Shown: in pieces, positions 13,426 through 28,165 of the stretch
Numbering within the stretch: the first letter of the stretch is position 1
Layout of the letters: each line of letters begins with the position of its first letter
DNA from: Octopus sinensis
Taxonomy: Eukaryota
NCBI RefSeq assembly: GCF_006345805.1
Contig: NC_043002.1
Span: 103,664,001 to 103,728,000, forward strand
Length of the DNA stretch: 64,000 nt
Reading direction: 5' to 3'
Made by a program: the position numbers and the translations under genes
The notes under the pieces: generated by a model
Databases searched by the model: none
Seen by the model: the letters and a program-made list of their open reading frames with translations, nothing else
Told to the model about the DNA's origin: nothing

Positions 13426-14007
13426 TTATAGCAAGCTGCTTGGGTGTTACCTGCCAAACACGAATAGTAATAATAAACTCTACGCAAAATATATATTCGT
13501 CGAGATATAACAGCAGGGATTTACCAATATTTTTTCAACTGTTCCTTCATAAAACGTACTCTTCTGTAAGGCATAAATTTGGTCAGAAATTCAATTGGCA
13601 ACCGAAACACACTAGTGCCACCATTGGCTAGAGCCTATTGCGATACTACTACAATACAATTTTATTCAGCTATAAACCTACTGAGCATCTAAAAAATCAA
13701 CTGAGCACGTTCTTAACAGCTGTATCAGTGAACATCGTATACATCTAAGCATTAAACTCAATAATATAAACACATACAAAAAATCGGAAGCAAGTATAAT
13801 GCATGTTATGTATGTGTGTGTGTTAATAAAATGACACAACAAAACCACGGCTGTGCGGAATTTATAGAACATACATTTTTCATGAGTAAGGTGTACTTAA
13901 AGGTGTTTCTGGAATATTAGGGATATCCTTTCATCAGAGACAAAATAAGAGAGTTAAATAGAGGGAAATCGTAGAGTTCAACATAAGGGTATATATATAT
14001 ATATAAT

Positions 14008-14250
14008 ATAGGGTGAAATTAATTAATTTGGAATAATCATTAATTTCACCAAGTAGATTTCGGCATGTAAAAGCCTCATTTGAGGAAAGTTTAAGTAATA
14101 CTAAGTAATTAAGGGTTTAGCAACGATTTGCCTCACCACACACCGAATTTAGAAATAGCAGTCAAAGAGTTATAACTATAGAAAGAATAGCTATAACTCT
14201 TTGACTGCTATTTCTGAGGCAAATCGTTGCTAAACCCTTAATTACTTAGT
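14008..14250. mobile_element. Fold-back element (same family as 26238-26628), palindrome 14100-14250
   Basis: homologous to the 26238 copy; inverted arm carries a 15-nt deletion; flanked by (TA)n. Confidence 0.85.
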
Positions 14251-14255
14251 GTATA

Positions 14256-14311
<56 letters not shown>

Positions 14312-14346
14312 ATTGTATGTATGTGTGTGTGTGTGTGTGTGTGTGT

Positions 14347-14540
14347 ACCATCAGCTCGCGATACCAGAGGGCGCACACTCTCCTACCCTGATGTAATCTC
14401 CAGGGATACAGGCATCCAGCAACAGGACCTCCGTAATGCTATGATGGACCGTCAAGTCTGGTGTAGCATGGTAAATACATTTGTCGCGACCACGGTCGAA
14501 CAATGATGATGGTGATGATGATGATGATGATGATGATGAG
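14347..14540 (+). mobile_element. RTE-type LINE extreme 3' end with (GAT)n tail
   Basis: PSARDTRGRTLSYPDVISRDTGIQQQDLRNAMMDRQVWCSMV..TTVEQ* followed immediately by (GAT)n; resembles the RTE C-terminal RGR...D..L...DR..W motif. Confidence 0.65.
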
Positions 14541-14876
14541 TCTGTGTGTGCGTGTGCGCGCGCGTGTGTGCGTGTACAATACTACATAGTAGACATAACT
14601 ACTTACCACGAATATTATACTATACAATGCCTCACCAAAACTACTTCAACATGGACAATATATTTGACCAACAGAAAGAAATGAGTATAAGTCAGAAACA
14701 ACCCATTAACTATCCTAGCTTTCCAACCATCACATTATCTCTACAATAAACGCAAGAATCTACGAAGTACAAATACTGATCAATACCTGAAGAATTAGAC
14801 ATTAATATAACTTTATTCCTATTATAGTTTTCGTTTTTTCATTTTTTTTGTTTCCTTTCAATATTATTGTTAGTAC

Positions 14877-14975
14877 TGGAGGTGGCGAGCTGGGAGAATT
14901 GTAAGCAGGCCATGAAAAATACCTTTCGCCATTTCGCCCGTCTTTGCATCCCGAGTTCAATTTCACCCTCCCAAA
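14877..14975 (+). mobile_element. Decayed tRNA-derived SINE head (family D)
   Basis: GGTGGCGAGCTGGGAGAATTGTAAGCA...GAGTTCAATT; similar to 33200, 33871 and 35306. Confidence 0.55.
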
Positions 14976-15299
14976 CGAAATAGCTGGCTTCTTGCCGGAT
15001 TTTGAATCCCTTGTTGCCTTTTTTACTGGTATGCCTTGTACGGAAGCATTGCACCTATCTTAATCTTGACAAATCTAATCTACCCATATTGCGTGTATTG
15101 TATACAAAGATATGTCGATTTGTATGGAAATTAAACTTTCCGACTTCGGAGAATAAAACATCGGTAAAAGGCAACAATATATATATATCAATGTGCGTAT
15201 TTGCATAACGTGTGAGATATTCTAAGACACAGTCCTCGAGATATGCATAAATCACATACACACGTAAATGCATATACACTATTTATGTATATATGTATA

Positions 15300-15370
<71 letters not shown>

Positions 15371-15541
15371 TAAAAAGTTTGTTTGGTATTATATGTATGT
15401 ATATGTATGTATATACATATATATATATATATATGCATACGTATATAAATACATACATATTTATACATTGATACACACACACACATATATATATACAATC
15501 ATAAACACAGAAATATACATACGTAGGTTTATATACATATA

Positions 15542-15614
<73 letters not shown>

Positions 15615-16391
15615 TTGTGTGTATGTGTGTGTATAGCCGTATCTTTGCGTGCCTATGCATATAGAGAATACTTGACGATGTAAAGCAGTAATTAACTCAA
15701 TGATTTGAGTGTCGAAAAATTGAAAAGAAATAAACATGTTAACGGGTGAAAAAATAGACATGAACATATAAATAACAAATATAATACAAAAATAGAATGA
15801 CAAAAATTAAAATGTTAAAAGAAAGCCATCATAAAAAAAGTAAGAATTAATGAATAAAATTTTAATTTTAAATGAATCGAAAATTAAAACAATGAAAATA
15901 TAAAAAAAATTGCGAGATATCAAGCAAAGAAAAGGCAACAAAACTAAACAATAATGGAGCTAAAAGCAGACAGAACAATATTGGTAAACATAGTAACAAG
16001 CAGCGTGTACGGTTATTATCTGATGGAATCGGCTATATAATAAGAAAATGTCGCATAAGATAACTTAATGAATTGTGAATTATTAAGACTGAAGAATATA
16101 TTAGTTTCTGTAATAAAATAAAATGTTTGGTTACGATGCAATTTGTAATTTGCGTAATTTCTTTAATGAAATTTCACCAGGAAATAAGAGAAATGGTTGC
16201 CTGCAGTAAATCTCAGAGAATTTAATAAGTATGAATCACAAAAATAAACGAAGACAAAAGGAAAATAGAAGAAAAAGAATTAAAAAGTAATTATAATAAA
16301 AAATATAAAATACATTTTCTTTACGAAACAATCGAAAATTTCAGATTAGCTAGCGGCATGTAGTTATGTTTATGTATGTATATTTATAGTT

Positions 16392-16456
<65 letters not shown>

Positions 16457-17044
16457 TATATATATGTATGTAAACTTATAAATATAAATACATACGCACA
16501 CACATACATATATATATATTTATATATTCATTTATACATATACATTTATACATATACAATAACGTATGTGTGCGCCGTGTGTATGTAGATATTAATGGTT
16601 GTTGTCTTCGTATTTGAATGTTGACAAATTGTTTACAGGTCCTTATAGATTAGACCTATACACCTATACACGAGCGTAAAACATTCTTACATTTTGTACT
16701 ACGCACCACCACGAATTTATACCCACATACACCGCCAGGAACATAAATTCATAAGTAATTACTGTCATATTCCTATATTAAATTTGTAGCATTGTGCAAC
16801 AAATCTAAATAAAATAGATAATCGTAACAAATTTTTGTATATATTTTATAAGGGTGTGTAGAATAATTACTTGTTACGTGATTTATTTGGTGGAAATGAA
16901 GTCCTTAATTAATACAGTGTTCGTAATTGAATAATTATATTCTCAACATAGACGGAAGTTTTATAACATGTGAACAGGTACTTGTGGTATTTATATATCC
17001 GTACATCCAAGAACGCCTAGAAACTCATACGTATGTTTATATTT

Positions 17045-17122
17045 ATATCAGCCGAAATGTGTTAACAACCAACAAGATGAGTACAGATATCCGTCAAATG
17101 TAACTATCATAAACAATGTAAA
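17045..17122 (+). mobile_element. 3' part of the hammerhead-bearing repeat at 34347
   Basis: TATATCAGCCGAAATGTGTTAACAACCAACAAGATGAGTACAGATATCCGTCAAATGTAA aligns with 34541-34600. Confidence 0.7.
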
Positions 17123-17524
17123 TATTAAACAGTCAGTGATTTGCAATATCTATCACGTTTGGGAATTTGTCTCCTTTTGTCTCACAAAAGATTAATGAAT
17201 GATTGCGCAAGAAATGCTTTTGTTCAACTTATAATAAATAAAGTGAGAAACGGCAGTCACCACAATAATGCTCTCTTAAAATGTTCGCGTTTCTCTCCTT
17301 CAGTTTTTCGTTATGAGATGACATTTGTGTCGGACGAAAATGTTTGAGGTATTTGTGAACATGTGACTCTATGGGTAGCGCATAAAATCATGTATTGTAT
17401 CTATTGAAGGATATTTATCTCTCACCAGATGGAGTAAGTTTTTTTCACTACTTACCATCGACGAACAGTGCAGTATACGTGGTGTGTGAGTTTCTGTGAA
17501 TGTGTATATATGTATATGATATAT

Positions 17525-17568
<44 letters not shown>

Positions 17569-17640
17569 ATATATATTATATAATTAGTGAATGAAAAAAT
17601 GGAGTTGAACGAAGATTGTACAGAATTCCTTTTATTACAT

Positions 17641-17806
17641 TCTACACATGTTTCAAAGGCCACTTTTCCAAATTCTGATTAAATAAGGATACCATATTGC
17701 AGCTTTCTCTTCAGGAAAAACCAGGAATTAGGTTGTCAGAACAAAACAGAGGCGCAGCAAAGCAATTCGAACGAGGACGCTCCTTAAGAGCCCATGGGTA
17801 AACTGT

Positions 17807-17808
<2 letters not shown>
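17641..17808 (-). mobile_element. Possible PLE pLTR-like fragment with long-loop hammerhead-like motif
   Basis: minus strand TTC-CTGAAGA-GAAAGC..(long loop)..GGCCTTT-GAAA-CATGT; abuts (TA)n; stem II imperfect. Confidence 0.3.
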
Positions 17809-17862
<54 letters not shown>

Positions 17863-17909
17863 TATAGTAATAAATATGTACATATGTATCTGTGTGTGTG
17901 TGTGTGTGA

Positions 17910-18105
17910 AATTTTTCCCGCCATCGCTTGACAACCAATCGATCTTGGTGTATTTACATCCCCGTAACTTTGCGGTTTGGCCAAATTGGGATAGAATATG
18001 TACTAGGCTTATAAAGAAAAAGTTCTGGGGTCGATTTGTTGGACGAAACGGAACTGCTCCAGCATGGTCACAGCCAAATGTCTAAAACATATTCAAGAAT
18101 AACAG
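17910..18105 (+). mobile_element. SINE family B 3' portion
   Basis: CATCGCTTGACAACC...GGGGTCGATTTGTT...GCTCCAGCATGG homologous to 3800-3965. Confidence 0.8.
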
Positions 18106-18128
18106 AATATGTGTGTATGTATATCTAT

Positions 18129-18300
18129 TGTAGGATAATTTTTTTTTTCTAAAAAAATTTATCAATGGCCAACATATTAAAAATACTTTTAAAGGTTAAA
18201 TTTATATAATTAATAAATAAGGGCAAAGGAAAAAAATTCTAATGCCAAATATGCCGTAAAATTGGATATATTGTCCATTAACCATATAATAATTTCCAAA
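18129..18300. repeat. Unclassified interspersed repeat, copy 1 (copy 2 at 42225-42380)
   Basis: both start TGTAGGATAA next to (TA)n and share TCAATGGCCA.CATATTAAAAA.TAC.TTTAAAGGTTAAATTT...AATAAGGGCAAA. Confidence 0.75.
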
Positions 18301-18308
18301 ATGTGTGT

Positions 18309-18345
<37 letters not shown>

Positions 18346-21300
18346 GATATAATATGGTATAGTATACATACATATATATATATAAGTATATATATATATA
18401 TATAATATATATCTGTGTGTATATATATATACATACACGTATATATATATATATGCTTGTGTGTGTGTGTGTGTTTGTGTGCATATGCACACTCTCATAC
18501 ACATGCGTGTATGCGTATACAGATAAATATTGAGACAGATAGCTATAATACGCACAAACACAAGTGCATATATATGAATGGATATATAGACATGTATATA
18601 ATTATTTACACTGATATATGTGTGCGTGTCTGCGTGTGTGTGTATGCCTTTATATATGTATATATATATATATGTGTGTTAGGAATAAGCGACGTCACGA
18701 TATACTGGATGAAATCTATGCCAATGATTTTGATCATAGTTTTTATCTCAACCAGAGATGATGACACGATGTGAAACAGAAGCAAACTGCAAGCAACTAT
18801 CGGGTGGTACTGGATTCAGCTTAATAATTTAATTTGTTAATTTTATATTTGCCATTGTTTTAAGCAGTAATTAATTCCAATAGAGCGGCTATCAATTTTA
18901 TCGAAGTCAAATTATTTGAAATGTTGCAATGCGATATAACCACGCGTGCAAAAGTGATGGACATTATTCCATGCGTTTGACGACGATCCTAGATTGGCGA
19001 CAAGGAAGCGATTAGAAGAGAAACTAAACACCGGAAGATCGATATCTCTGGACCTGAAGAGGGAGAAATGATGTCAGGGGCGTTATCTAACATGGTCAGT
19101 GTTGTAAAATTACTTCATAGCCAACACAGTGTACTCTGCACAGAACATATTTAAACTACCTTACCAATGTGAATGTTAAAGACCCCTTATTTCTTACTCT
19201 TATTGTTTTTGTTGTTTTTATTTTAATTTTTAAATGTAGATTGGTGCAGTCTTTAAAGAATTGGTAAAAGTTTCCTGAGATTATTGTTCTCTGATTAACG
19301 CTTTGAGATCGAAGCGTACGAAAGTCAACAACACACTTCATCCGATCGGAAGCCAATGTATATAATACCAGCTAAGAAATAGATCAATATAATTGTTTGA
19401 AAGCTTTGTCTCAAACATTGCTGGTCTTGTACTTAAATTGGATTGCGTTAATAATTGTGTTTGCTGTTGATGTTTCTATTGGCTTTCAGCCAAGTTGGCC
19501 TTTGTGTGTAATCCTTACGGGATCGATCAAATAAATAAATAGAAGTGATCCCTGGAGTCGGCCTCTTACCGAAATTTGAAATCAGTGTTTCGACTGCCTT
19601 TGTCACTGTTCCGTTTGTTGTTAGGATTTACCATAATCCTTGTTGGTGTCATCCGTGGTCTTCATTTCCTTATTCCCTTTGTTCAGTAGCACAATTTGAG
19701 ATGGGACCATACACACATACACACATATATGCATACACTCACACATACGCAAACACACACACATATAGACCCCTATGTATACATATGATATACAGCCTTG
19801 TTCAACTCATGCCATTTGTAGTCATCTGTCGATGTCAAGAATTATCACTGCCCCCTAAATCTTATGAGGCGATGTGAGGATAACTGCGTTGCTAATTAAA
19901 GCAAGTCCAACAAAAACAAAATGGAAAATAATTTTTGTAAATTCTGTTGTGTCTGGGGAGAGTCATTTTCTTATTGTGCCGTATAATTTAACACACTCAC
20001 TGGTAAAATTTCCACTTCTTTTTTATTGTTCTAAACTTTTCTTTGCGCCATGCAACCTTTTCAATAGATTTGACTCTCCCCAGACACAACAGAATATGCT
20101 TCAACACAGTAACTCATATAAAAAGTCTTGCAAACCAAATCCAATATGTTTGTAAAGCTTTACTAAAATTCTCTTAAAGAATGAAACTTTATGTTAAAAC
20201 AAATCTAGTTTATTGTATTTTGAATCATATGAATGATTCGCCTGTTGGATCCTTTATTCGCTAAAATTATGCATTGCAACCCATTAAGTAATTGCCGTTC
20301 TACTGATCTAGGAATTTCCTGTTTAAAAACAAAATTACTAACACGATGAGATAATTGTTTTCCTAGATTTTACTGTTACTTATAAAATGACTATAAAATG
20401 AAGATACACACAATAGGTATTGTACACTTCGATGTATAATTCTGGACATATTTATATGTCGATAACATTTTACTCATTATAGCTAAGGTGTTTCGTGTCG
20501 GATTATTTCTTTGTTATTAATTTTCATTAAAGACATGTTCCTCGAGCTGTTTTTAATGCATCTTATGAAACACATGAAAAACACTTGTCGACAATGCCGA
20601 ATGCCGAGATCTAATTGTGTGAAGGATTAGTTTATGTCCTTGCCAACATAATCGAGATGTGACATGAAGCAAACGAATGAGTTAAAGCATACGATTAGTC
20701 TGAAATTGAGCAAATGCGAGAAAAGAGCTGCCTAACAAAAAGAGAAATTTTTATTATCGCTTCTGTGAAAGACATAATTGTGTGTATTGTAGAAATCAGT
20801 CGACATGTTGATTTAGAAGTACCCCGCGAGGCCTGTCTTTGATCTCAGCGATTCCTTAAAGCGTAGCTTCTAATAGAAATCACGCCAGATTCCTTGTAAA
20901 CTAAGATGATCATTTCGGTTTTGTAACGATTCGCCATTAGATGAAACGGATAGCAAAACCGCAATGACTAATGTTCGGGAGTCGGGTAGGAAGAAAGACA
21001 GAATAGCCAGAGCTATAAAAACGAAAGAAATGAGTTACTGCGTCAAGCATTTCCAATAGAAATGCTAATCTATGAGACTCAGAACCGGAAATTGGAACTT
21101 CTCGACACTCTTTCTGAAGAACAATATTTGTTTGATTGATGTAATGGGAATTAATTGTAATATAACCAGACTGGTAAAATGTTTTAGAAGACATCTAACG
21201 TTTTAACAGATTCTTAGTAAACAAATATAAAATAAAAAGATTATAGATTATTATAAAGCAACGCATTACTATATTGGTACAGTTAATAATATCATAATGA

Positions 21301-21605
21301 TATTAGCGTAATGATGCAAATAATATACAACGGCGGATATGTTATGCACAGACACACACACACACATACATACATATATATATATAATACATATATATAT
21401 ATATATTATATATATATATATATACATATAAATATGCCTGTATATGTATGTATACATGTGTAAGTATATATATATTATATATAGACATAGATATGTATAT
21501 ATATATATATATGGATGCATGTATGTATATGTATGTATATATGTGAATGTATATATAAACGTGTGTGTAGATATATATACATATATATCATATATATAGA
21601 CATAG

Positions 21606-21655
<50 letters not shown>

Positions 21656-21724
21656 TATATATGCACGCATAGTCTTGTTAATCTGTGTACAATTATATAC
21701 TAATAATGTTGATGATGATGATAA

Positions 21725-22140
<416 letters not shown>

Positions 22141-22199
22141 GATGAGATGAGGAGACGGAGGTGGAAACGTTAATTGGACTGGAGTGGAGTGAAATTTGC

Positions 22200-23345
22200 A
22201 GATGACTAATGTATCTAAGAAGAGAAACGAAAACGATACAAACATTTTAGTGTTTTACAATTAGACGAGATGTTGATCAGCAAGATGAAGGGAAAGTTAT
22301 CTTTAGAATATACCAGAAAGGTGGAAAAATCAAGAAATGCAAATCTGGATGGAGGAAACATGCACATAGGCAGTAATGCTTGCTTTGTAAGCGCGGAAAT
22401 TGTGGAAGGTGGACCAAGGTAGAAGTGAACTGCATGGACAGAGAAAAGCAGGGAATTATTAGCCATGCTTTGATGCCTTCATGGCAAAAGTAACGAAACA
22501 AAGCTCTACTTAACTGGGAAAAAGGTGGAAAAGGAATGGTTGGTATAAAAGTTAGTGTTACAAAGGAAATCAACTCCTTGAATGTCTCTATTAGTGATAA
22601 TAATAAAAGGATGTTATAGTGTGTACTGAGTGATCAGTGATAACGATGAGATACTCTACGAGTACAAAAAGAGGATTTTTTACGGAAAAGATCATCAGCT
22701 GAAAAGAGAGACCCTATACGGATAGCTTTCCCAACAAACATCGCATGAAGCTGCTGAAGAATATCGATTAAAATATGGAAATTTGTTGCTGGTTCAGGAA
22801 AGCTTTACGGAACAATGCAGTTAAATATAGACATGCTAAGAGAACAGAAACACCTTTGTGTATATTTTGTGAGGTATATACTAGGTGAATGCGCAAATCT
22901 AGTCCACAAAGAGTCAAGGGAAAGCAACACCTGACGAAGTGGCTCTGTGAAATCACTTGGAGTTGTGCAGGAAGTATGTGATAGAATGCCCCAACAAAGA
23001 TTAGAAACGAATGATCAGGTGGAACTCACGAGGGATATGTCAATTTAGATAAGAAGGTGTAACACAACACATCCGATGCTACTCTTCTTCAGATGGATTC
23101 CAACGACTAGAGCTTCATTGCCGTAGGTATGCTTGTAAATCAGAGAACGAGAGAATGTGAAAGTTCCAAGACCTAACCCTGGAGTTGAAACACATCCGTA
23201 GAGGTTTAAAAGTGAGTAAGATATCCAACGGGGCCATCTCAACGAAAGCGATTTTCTGGCATGAAAAGGTGAAGATACCGAACGTAACAGGTAGTACACA
23301 TTTGACAGCAATACTTGGAAATTTCTGGAGGAAAGTTTTACAGTT
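22200..23345 (+). mobile_element. Heavily decayed R4/Dong LINE 3' ~1.1 kb (post-RT region, zinc knuckle, RLE)
   Basis: frameshifted pieces WTKVEVNCMDR.., KGGKGMVGI, LRNNAVKY..TPLCIFCE, LGECANLVHKE, LELCRKYVIEC, NDQVELTRDM, FQDLTLELK..HLTAILG..WRKVL occur in the expected order. Confidence 0.7.
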
Positions 23346-24989
23346 TGATTGCATTTCTTCTTATGCTATGTTATCCAGAAAATAGGTTCCTCTCATATAG
23401 CATTCTGATATGTGATAATTCATTATAATAGTTGTGCGATTATCAATAACATATTAATATTGTTAAAAGCTTGATGACTCGGAAAAAACAATATATGAGA
23501 ATGGGAATTCGATAAGTTGGTTTTTATTGATTAGGCAAAAGTATAATTTATTAATTGGTGGAAGGCGAATAGGTGTGAAGTTTCTTCCATTACCAAATGC
23601 AGACGACATGTAACAGTAATTCCAAGTCTTTCAGAATTGCGGTTGAGTCATTTAATTGTTTATTCCTTTATTCTGTTTAATATTATTATTGCAGGAAAGT
23701 AGCGTCATTCGTTACCTGAAAACTGGTGGTGTTTTCATGGCTTCTACGCGAGCAAGACGTTTGGACGAAGGGAAATTGTTCTGGAACAATTGCCAGTGTT
23801 AAACACAGATTATTTTCATAGCAAGATCTCAGTGGAGAAAGTCCAACAAGATTGTTTACTCAGGTTACTGTAGTCAATAAAGATCCATTCACAATAATAT
23901 GTCTACGGAAAATGAGGAATATTAAATCGCGGTGCATGATGACATATATACATAGAGAAAATGAGATGTTACCAGTTTCTGTGTATTATATAAGGCGTTA
24001 TCTATTACAGAAACAATATTTGTATTACTTAAGGACAATGCGTTTTTAGGTGATTAAATATGTTGTGGCATGTCTTACACATTTTGGCAGTTTTGTCTGA
24101 AACTCCATGCAGATTTTTTGCTGCAGAGCTCAGCTGATTCCCTGAAAGAGATTCAGCCAATATATACAAAGAAAAATGAATGTGTGTGTGTGTGTGTGTG
24201 TAGTAAGAAGTAAATCCAAAGATCCTGAAATTTAAGCTGCATACCAAAACGTCTAGTACAGTGTTTGCCCTTTAAAAAGAGCGGACATTTTATGCCCATG
24301 TGATACAGTGGTTGTCAAGTTAACACTGATAATCAAAATAGAATACAAGCATGCATTCGAAATGCCCTAAAACAAGCACAGATATTTCTGTTAGCAAAAA
24401 AAAAAGGAGAAAAAAAACGGAGTGCAATATTCTTCACGAGACATGTAATACTGGACATCTTGCAAAACAGTTGTAAAGGGGAGGCATGATCGTGAACGAA
24501 GTCCCGTTTTGTGTAATAAGCGAGTCTGACTTTCAGATGGTACGAACATTGGAACCTACAGAGAATAAAACAAAATTAACATCATTTAGGTGCGAGTAGA
24601 AGGGAACATTGATATTTCGAACGTTCACCAACCATCAGAAGTAGAAAGGAGAAAGAATGCGAGAGAGGGTTTCACGCCAGTGCTTTGGCAGGAGATTATT
24701 TTTGTTGACATCCGGAAGAGCAAAAGTGTGAGGAAATGTTGGCAACTCTGCATCTCAGTCAGACAGAAAATATTTCAAATAATACAACCACACGTTCCAC
24801 TGTTTGCCAATTCTACATCATATGTGGGACAACCTAAGTCTGTGTATACATAAATATATATATACACTCATATATGCACATATATATATATATATATATA
24901 ATACAATTATTATATATATATGTATATAGATGTAAAAAGGTATAAGTGTAAATATACATATATATATATTATGTATATCTATCTATGAA

Positions 24990-25031
<42 letters not shown>

Positions 25032-25492
25032 GCCTGTGAAACACTACTTTCATTATAGAACACTTGTTGCTGTTTATACGAGATTTATAGTTGTTTATCC
25101 AAGTAAATGAGACGCCGTGCGATAATATATCGTATAAATGTAAATGTTTGTATGACTGAAAGCAATAATTAATATGTAGAAAATCTAAGTCTACACCACG
25201 ATCAAGTTTTATGCTTTAGAAAAATATCTATTACTACGCTACCCGTAATCTCTGTCTGTCTCTCCCTCTCTCACACAAACACACTACACACAAACAGATA
25301 CGTTCATATATATATATATATATATATATATGTATAAAGTAAAGATTATTTGACAACATAATGTGGAAGTCCTGGACGGGACGAATGTCACATTATGCTG
25401 GTAACTAATCTTTACTTTAAAATACTGTTACTGAATATATCTCTTTGATTGATTGAGTGACACAGAAATAATAATGTTTGTGTGTGTGTATA

Positions 25493-25547
<55 letters not shown>

Positions 25548-25548
<1 letters not shown>

Positions 25549-25868
25549 TAATAAACTCTCAAAATACAAAGACCTGGATATAGAGGTAACTAGAATGTGG
25601 AATCTGAAAACAGAAACAATTCCTATCATAGTAGGTGCATTAGGCATGATAAAAAAATATTCAGACAAATACATAACAAAAACACCAGGACTTACAAACA
25701 CATATAACATACAGAAAATTGCACTACTAGGCACTGCACACATCCTACGCAGAACACTTTCCATACAATAACCATCAGAGCATCACAACAAATCACAGCA
25801 CATACCGAAGGCACACAGAGCTGTGCTCGGTAGTGAAGTGAAAGCACGCTATAAAAATAAAACTACTG

Positions 25869-25870
<2 letters not shown>
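25548..25870 (+). mobile_element. 5'-truncated Dong/R4 LINE 3' end inserted in (TAA)n
   Basis: intact frame KLSKYKDLDIEVTRMWNLKTETIPIIVGALGMIKK..IQKIALLGTAHILRRTLSIQ*, ~100-bp 3' UTR, (AAT)n on both sides. Confidence 0.9.
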
Positions 25871-25909
<39 letters not shown>

Positions 25910-26160
25910 TAATAATAACAATAATAATAATAATAATAATATTAGGGAGTATTTAACTTTTTTATACTTTTTGGTTAGTTATTTTAAAAGAAAATTAAGT
26001 TTAACATTTTTTAAATTTTAATATTTTAATTTCAAATGTTGTATTTTATGTATATATATTATATATTATATTAATTATATTCATTTTTTTGTTTTTTATG
26101 TTTGGTTTATGTCTATCACTGTTTGAATTGCCTAATGGTGGTTTTATCTCTAATTTAATT

Positions 26161-26229
<69 letters not shown>

Positions 26230-26237
26230 ATATATAT

Positions 26238-26628
26238 AGTTATCCGTAATAATGAAGGGTGAAAATTAATTAATTTGGAATAATTATCAATTACACCAAG
26301 TAGTCTTCGGCATGTAAAAGCCTCATTCGAGGAAAATTTAAGTAATACTAAGCAATAAAGGTTTAGCAACGAATTGCCTTACCACATACCGAATTTAGAA
26401 ATAGCAGTCAAAGAGTTATAGCTATTTCTTCTACTAAAAAGGGAGATCTCAGTAAAAACAGCAATTGGAAGGCAGACACAAACAGACCTGTTTGTGTCTG
26501 CCTTCCAATTGCTGTTTTTACTGAGATCTCCCTTTTTAGTAGAAGAAATAGCTATAACTCTTTGACTGCTATTTCTAAATTCGGTATGTGGTAAGGCAAT
26601 TCGTTGCTAAACCCTTTATTGCTTACTA
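26238..26628. mobile_element. Fold-back element with near-perfect 137/138-bp palindrome (26349-26625, 2-nt loop)
   Basis: arms are identical except one extra C; centre GACACAAACAG-AC-CTGTTTGTGTC; flanked by (TA)n. Confidence 0.9.
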
Positions 26629-26629
26629 T

Positions 26630-26682
<53 letters not shown>

Positions 26683-27051
26683 GTTATGTGAATTTATGGA
26701 AATCTATCTCATAGAAATCAACAAAATGCTAAAAATGGAAAAGAGATGTTAAAATTTTAAAGAATTCTATCAAGTTTTAACAACTCTTCTCCATTTTTAA
26801 CAACGTTGTTGCTTTCTATGGGATACATTTTCCATAAATTCCCATAACACAATACATTCACGTATTATTTTCATATTCCGTAAACTTACGCCAGTCAGCT
26901 ACCCGCAAAAAATGAAGAATCTTTATTAGAAATCGTATTTTAGAACCCTCCAAAATAATTCAACCTTTTCACACACACACACATACATATACACTTAGAT
27001 ATACATATATAGATGTTCACATATGCACTTTTATTATATATTATCAATATT

Positions 27052-27185
27052 GTTGCTTTCATCCTTTTGGTGTTGATAAAAAGGGGTCGATACATTAAGT
27101 ACCAGTGAAATAATGGGGTGGATATAATTGACTTCCCCCAAATTTCAGGCCATGAGCTTACCGTAGAGACGGTTATCGTTATTAT
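27052..27185 (+). mobile_element. SINE family D 3' fragment
   Basis: TTGCTTTCATCCTTTT...GTCGATACATTAAGTACCAGT...GATATAATTGACT, similar to 33955-34030. Confidence 0.6.
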
Positions 27186-27824
27186 TTTGGTTCTGCTCAG
27201 TTTCGGTCTTATTCCTGGTAATATTTTTTTTTTCTTTTGTGGGTATCGTGTTACTGCCTGTAAACCTTAGTTTTCTTCAAACTTTCTGCAGTCTTCGAAT
27301 TCCTTAGAACCCTCCTGGTAATCATTGCTATCTCTCAGAGACAAGCTTCCTGAGGGAGCTGTACCGGGCTTTCTATTTCAATCTCCTACAACCATTTGTT
27401 TATAACTTTGCTTAATCTTTCCAAACAACTAATTATTACGACATTTACTAAATTTTTCCTATTTCAAATTTTAATAGATTTTATTTTCCGGGTTTTTCGT
27501 CCCCTTTCTTTACGCTCCTAGTATCAAAGTGCCATGATGGATAGATAAGTAAGCAACTTCGCTTTTCCTTATCTATAATCGTTATGTTCGGTCAATTATT
27601 TTCTAAGTTCTTGTCTGTTGGAAAAAGAAGCCCCCCCCCCAATCACCAGTGTAAAACTTCTCCAACCTATACGTGCTTCCATTATTTCTTATATTTTCCT
27701 GTGCAATTTTGAAGCATTTCACCACAAAGTGTACCACACTCTCGTTCCAAGTTCTACAGGCTCTACATTTTCTGATTAATTTTCTCCATATATATTCTTC
27801 TCAAGTTGTTTCTTTTTATCTTGG

Positions 27825-28165
27825 GTAGCAAGGCTTGTCCATTGGACTCTGCAACAAGTATGGACTTGACAGAGCAAAAAATTGGTACGACCACAAACTT
27901 GAAAGCATCGTCGAAAATGGAAATGCAAAGATCCTACGGGGTTTAATGATTCAGTGCGACTATGAGATATAGAATATAAAGCCGGACAGTCTTAACTGAG
28001 AAAGAAAACAAACTATGCTGGATCATAAATATAGCATGCCCAGCTGACAACAAGGTATGCGATAAGGAAGAAAGGAAAGTTGAGAGATATGACAGGTCAG
28101 CTTGGGAAGTTAAGCAGTTGTGGTCGATGAAAATGGTAGCTGTTATAAAAATAATTGTCGGAGCC
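27825..28165 (+). mobile_element. R4/Dong LINE RLE fragment
   Basis: VARLVHW/LCNKYGLDRAKNWYDHKLESIVENGNAKIL..IKPD/VLTEKENKLCWIINIACPADNKVCDKEERKVERYD..VKQLWSMK..IIVGAL. Confidence 0.85.

Noticed and set aside
14060-14095. Hammerhead-like GAGGC..GCCGAAA in the fold-back family (also 26295-26335)
   Set aside because: Core reads CAAATGA/CGAATGA (lacks U4 and G5) in both copies and stem III is unclear; not called as a ribozyme.
20937-21194. Non-repetitive minus-strand ORF with acceptor-like sites
   Set aside because: Several incompatible frames, no donor, no homology recognised.
22750-22960. CTGAAGA..GAAA and CTGACGA..GAAA hammerhead-like strings
   Set aside because: They lie inside a decayed Dong ORF and lack proper stems I/III; chance matches.
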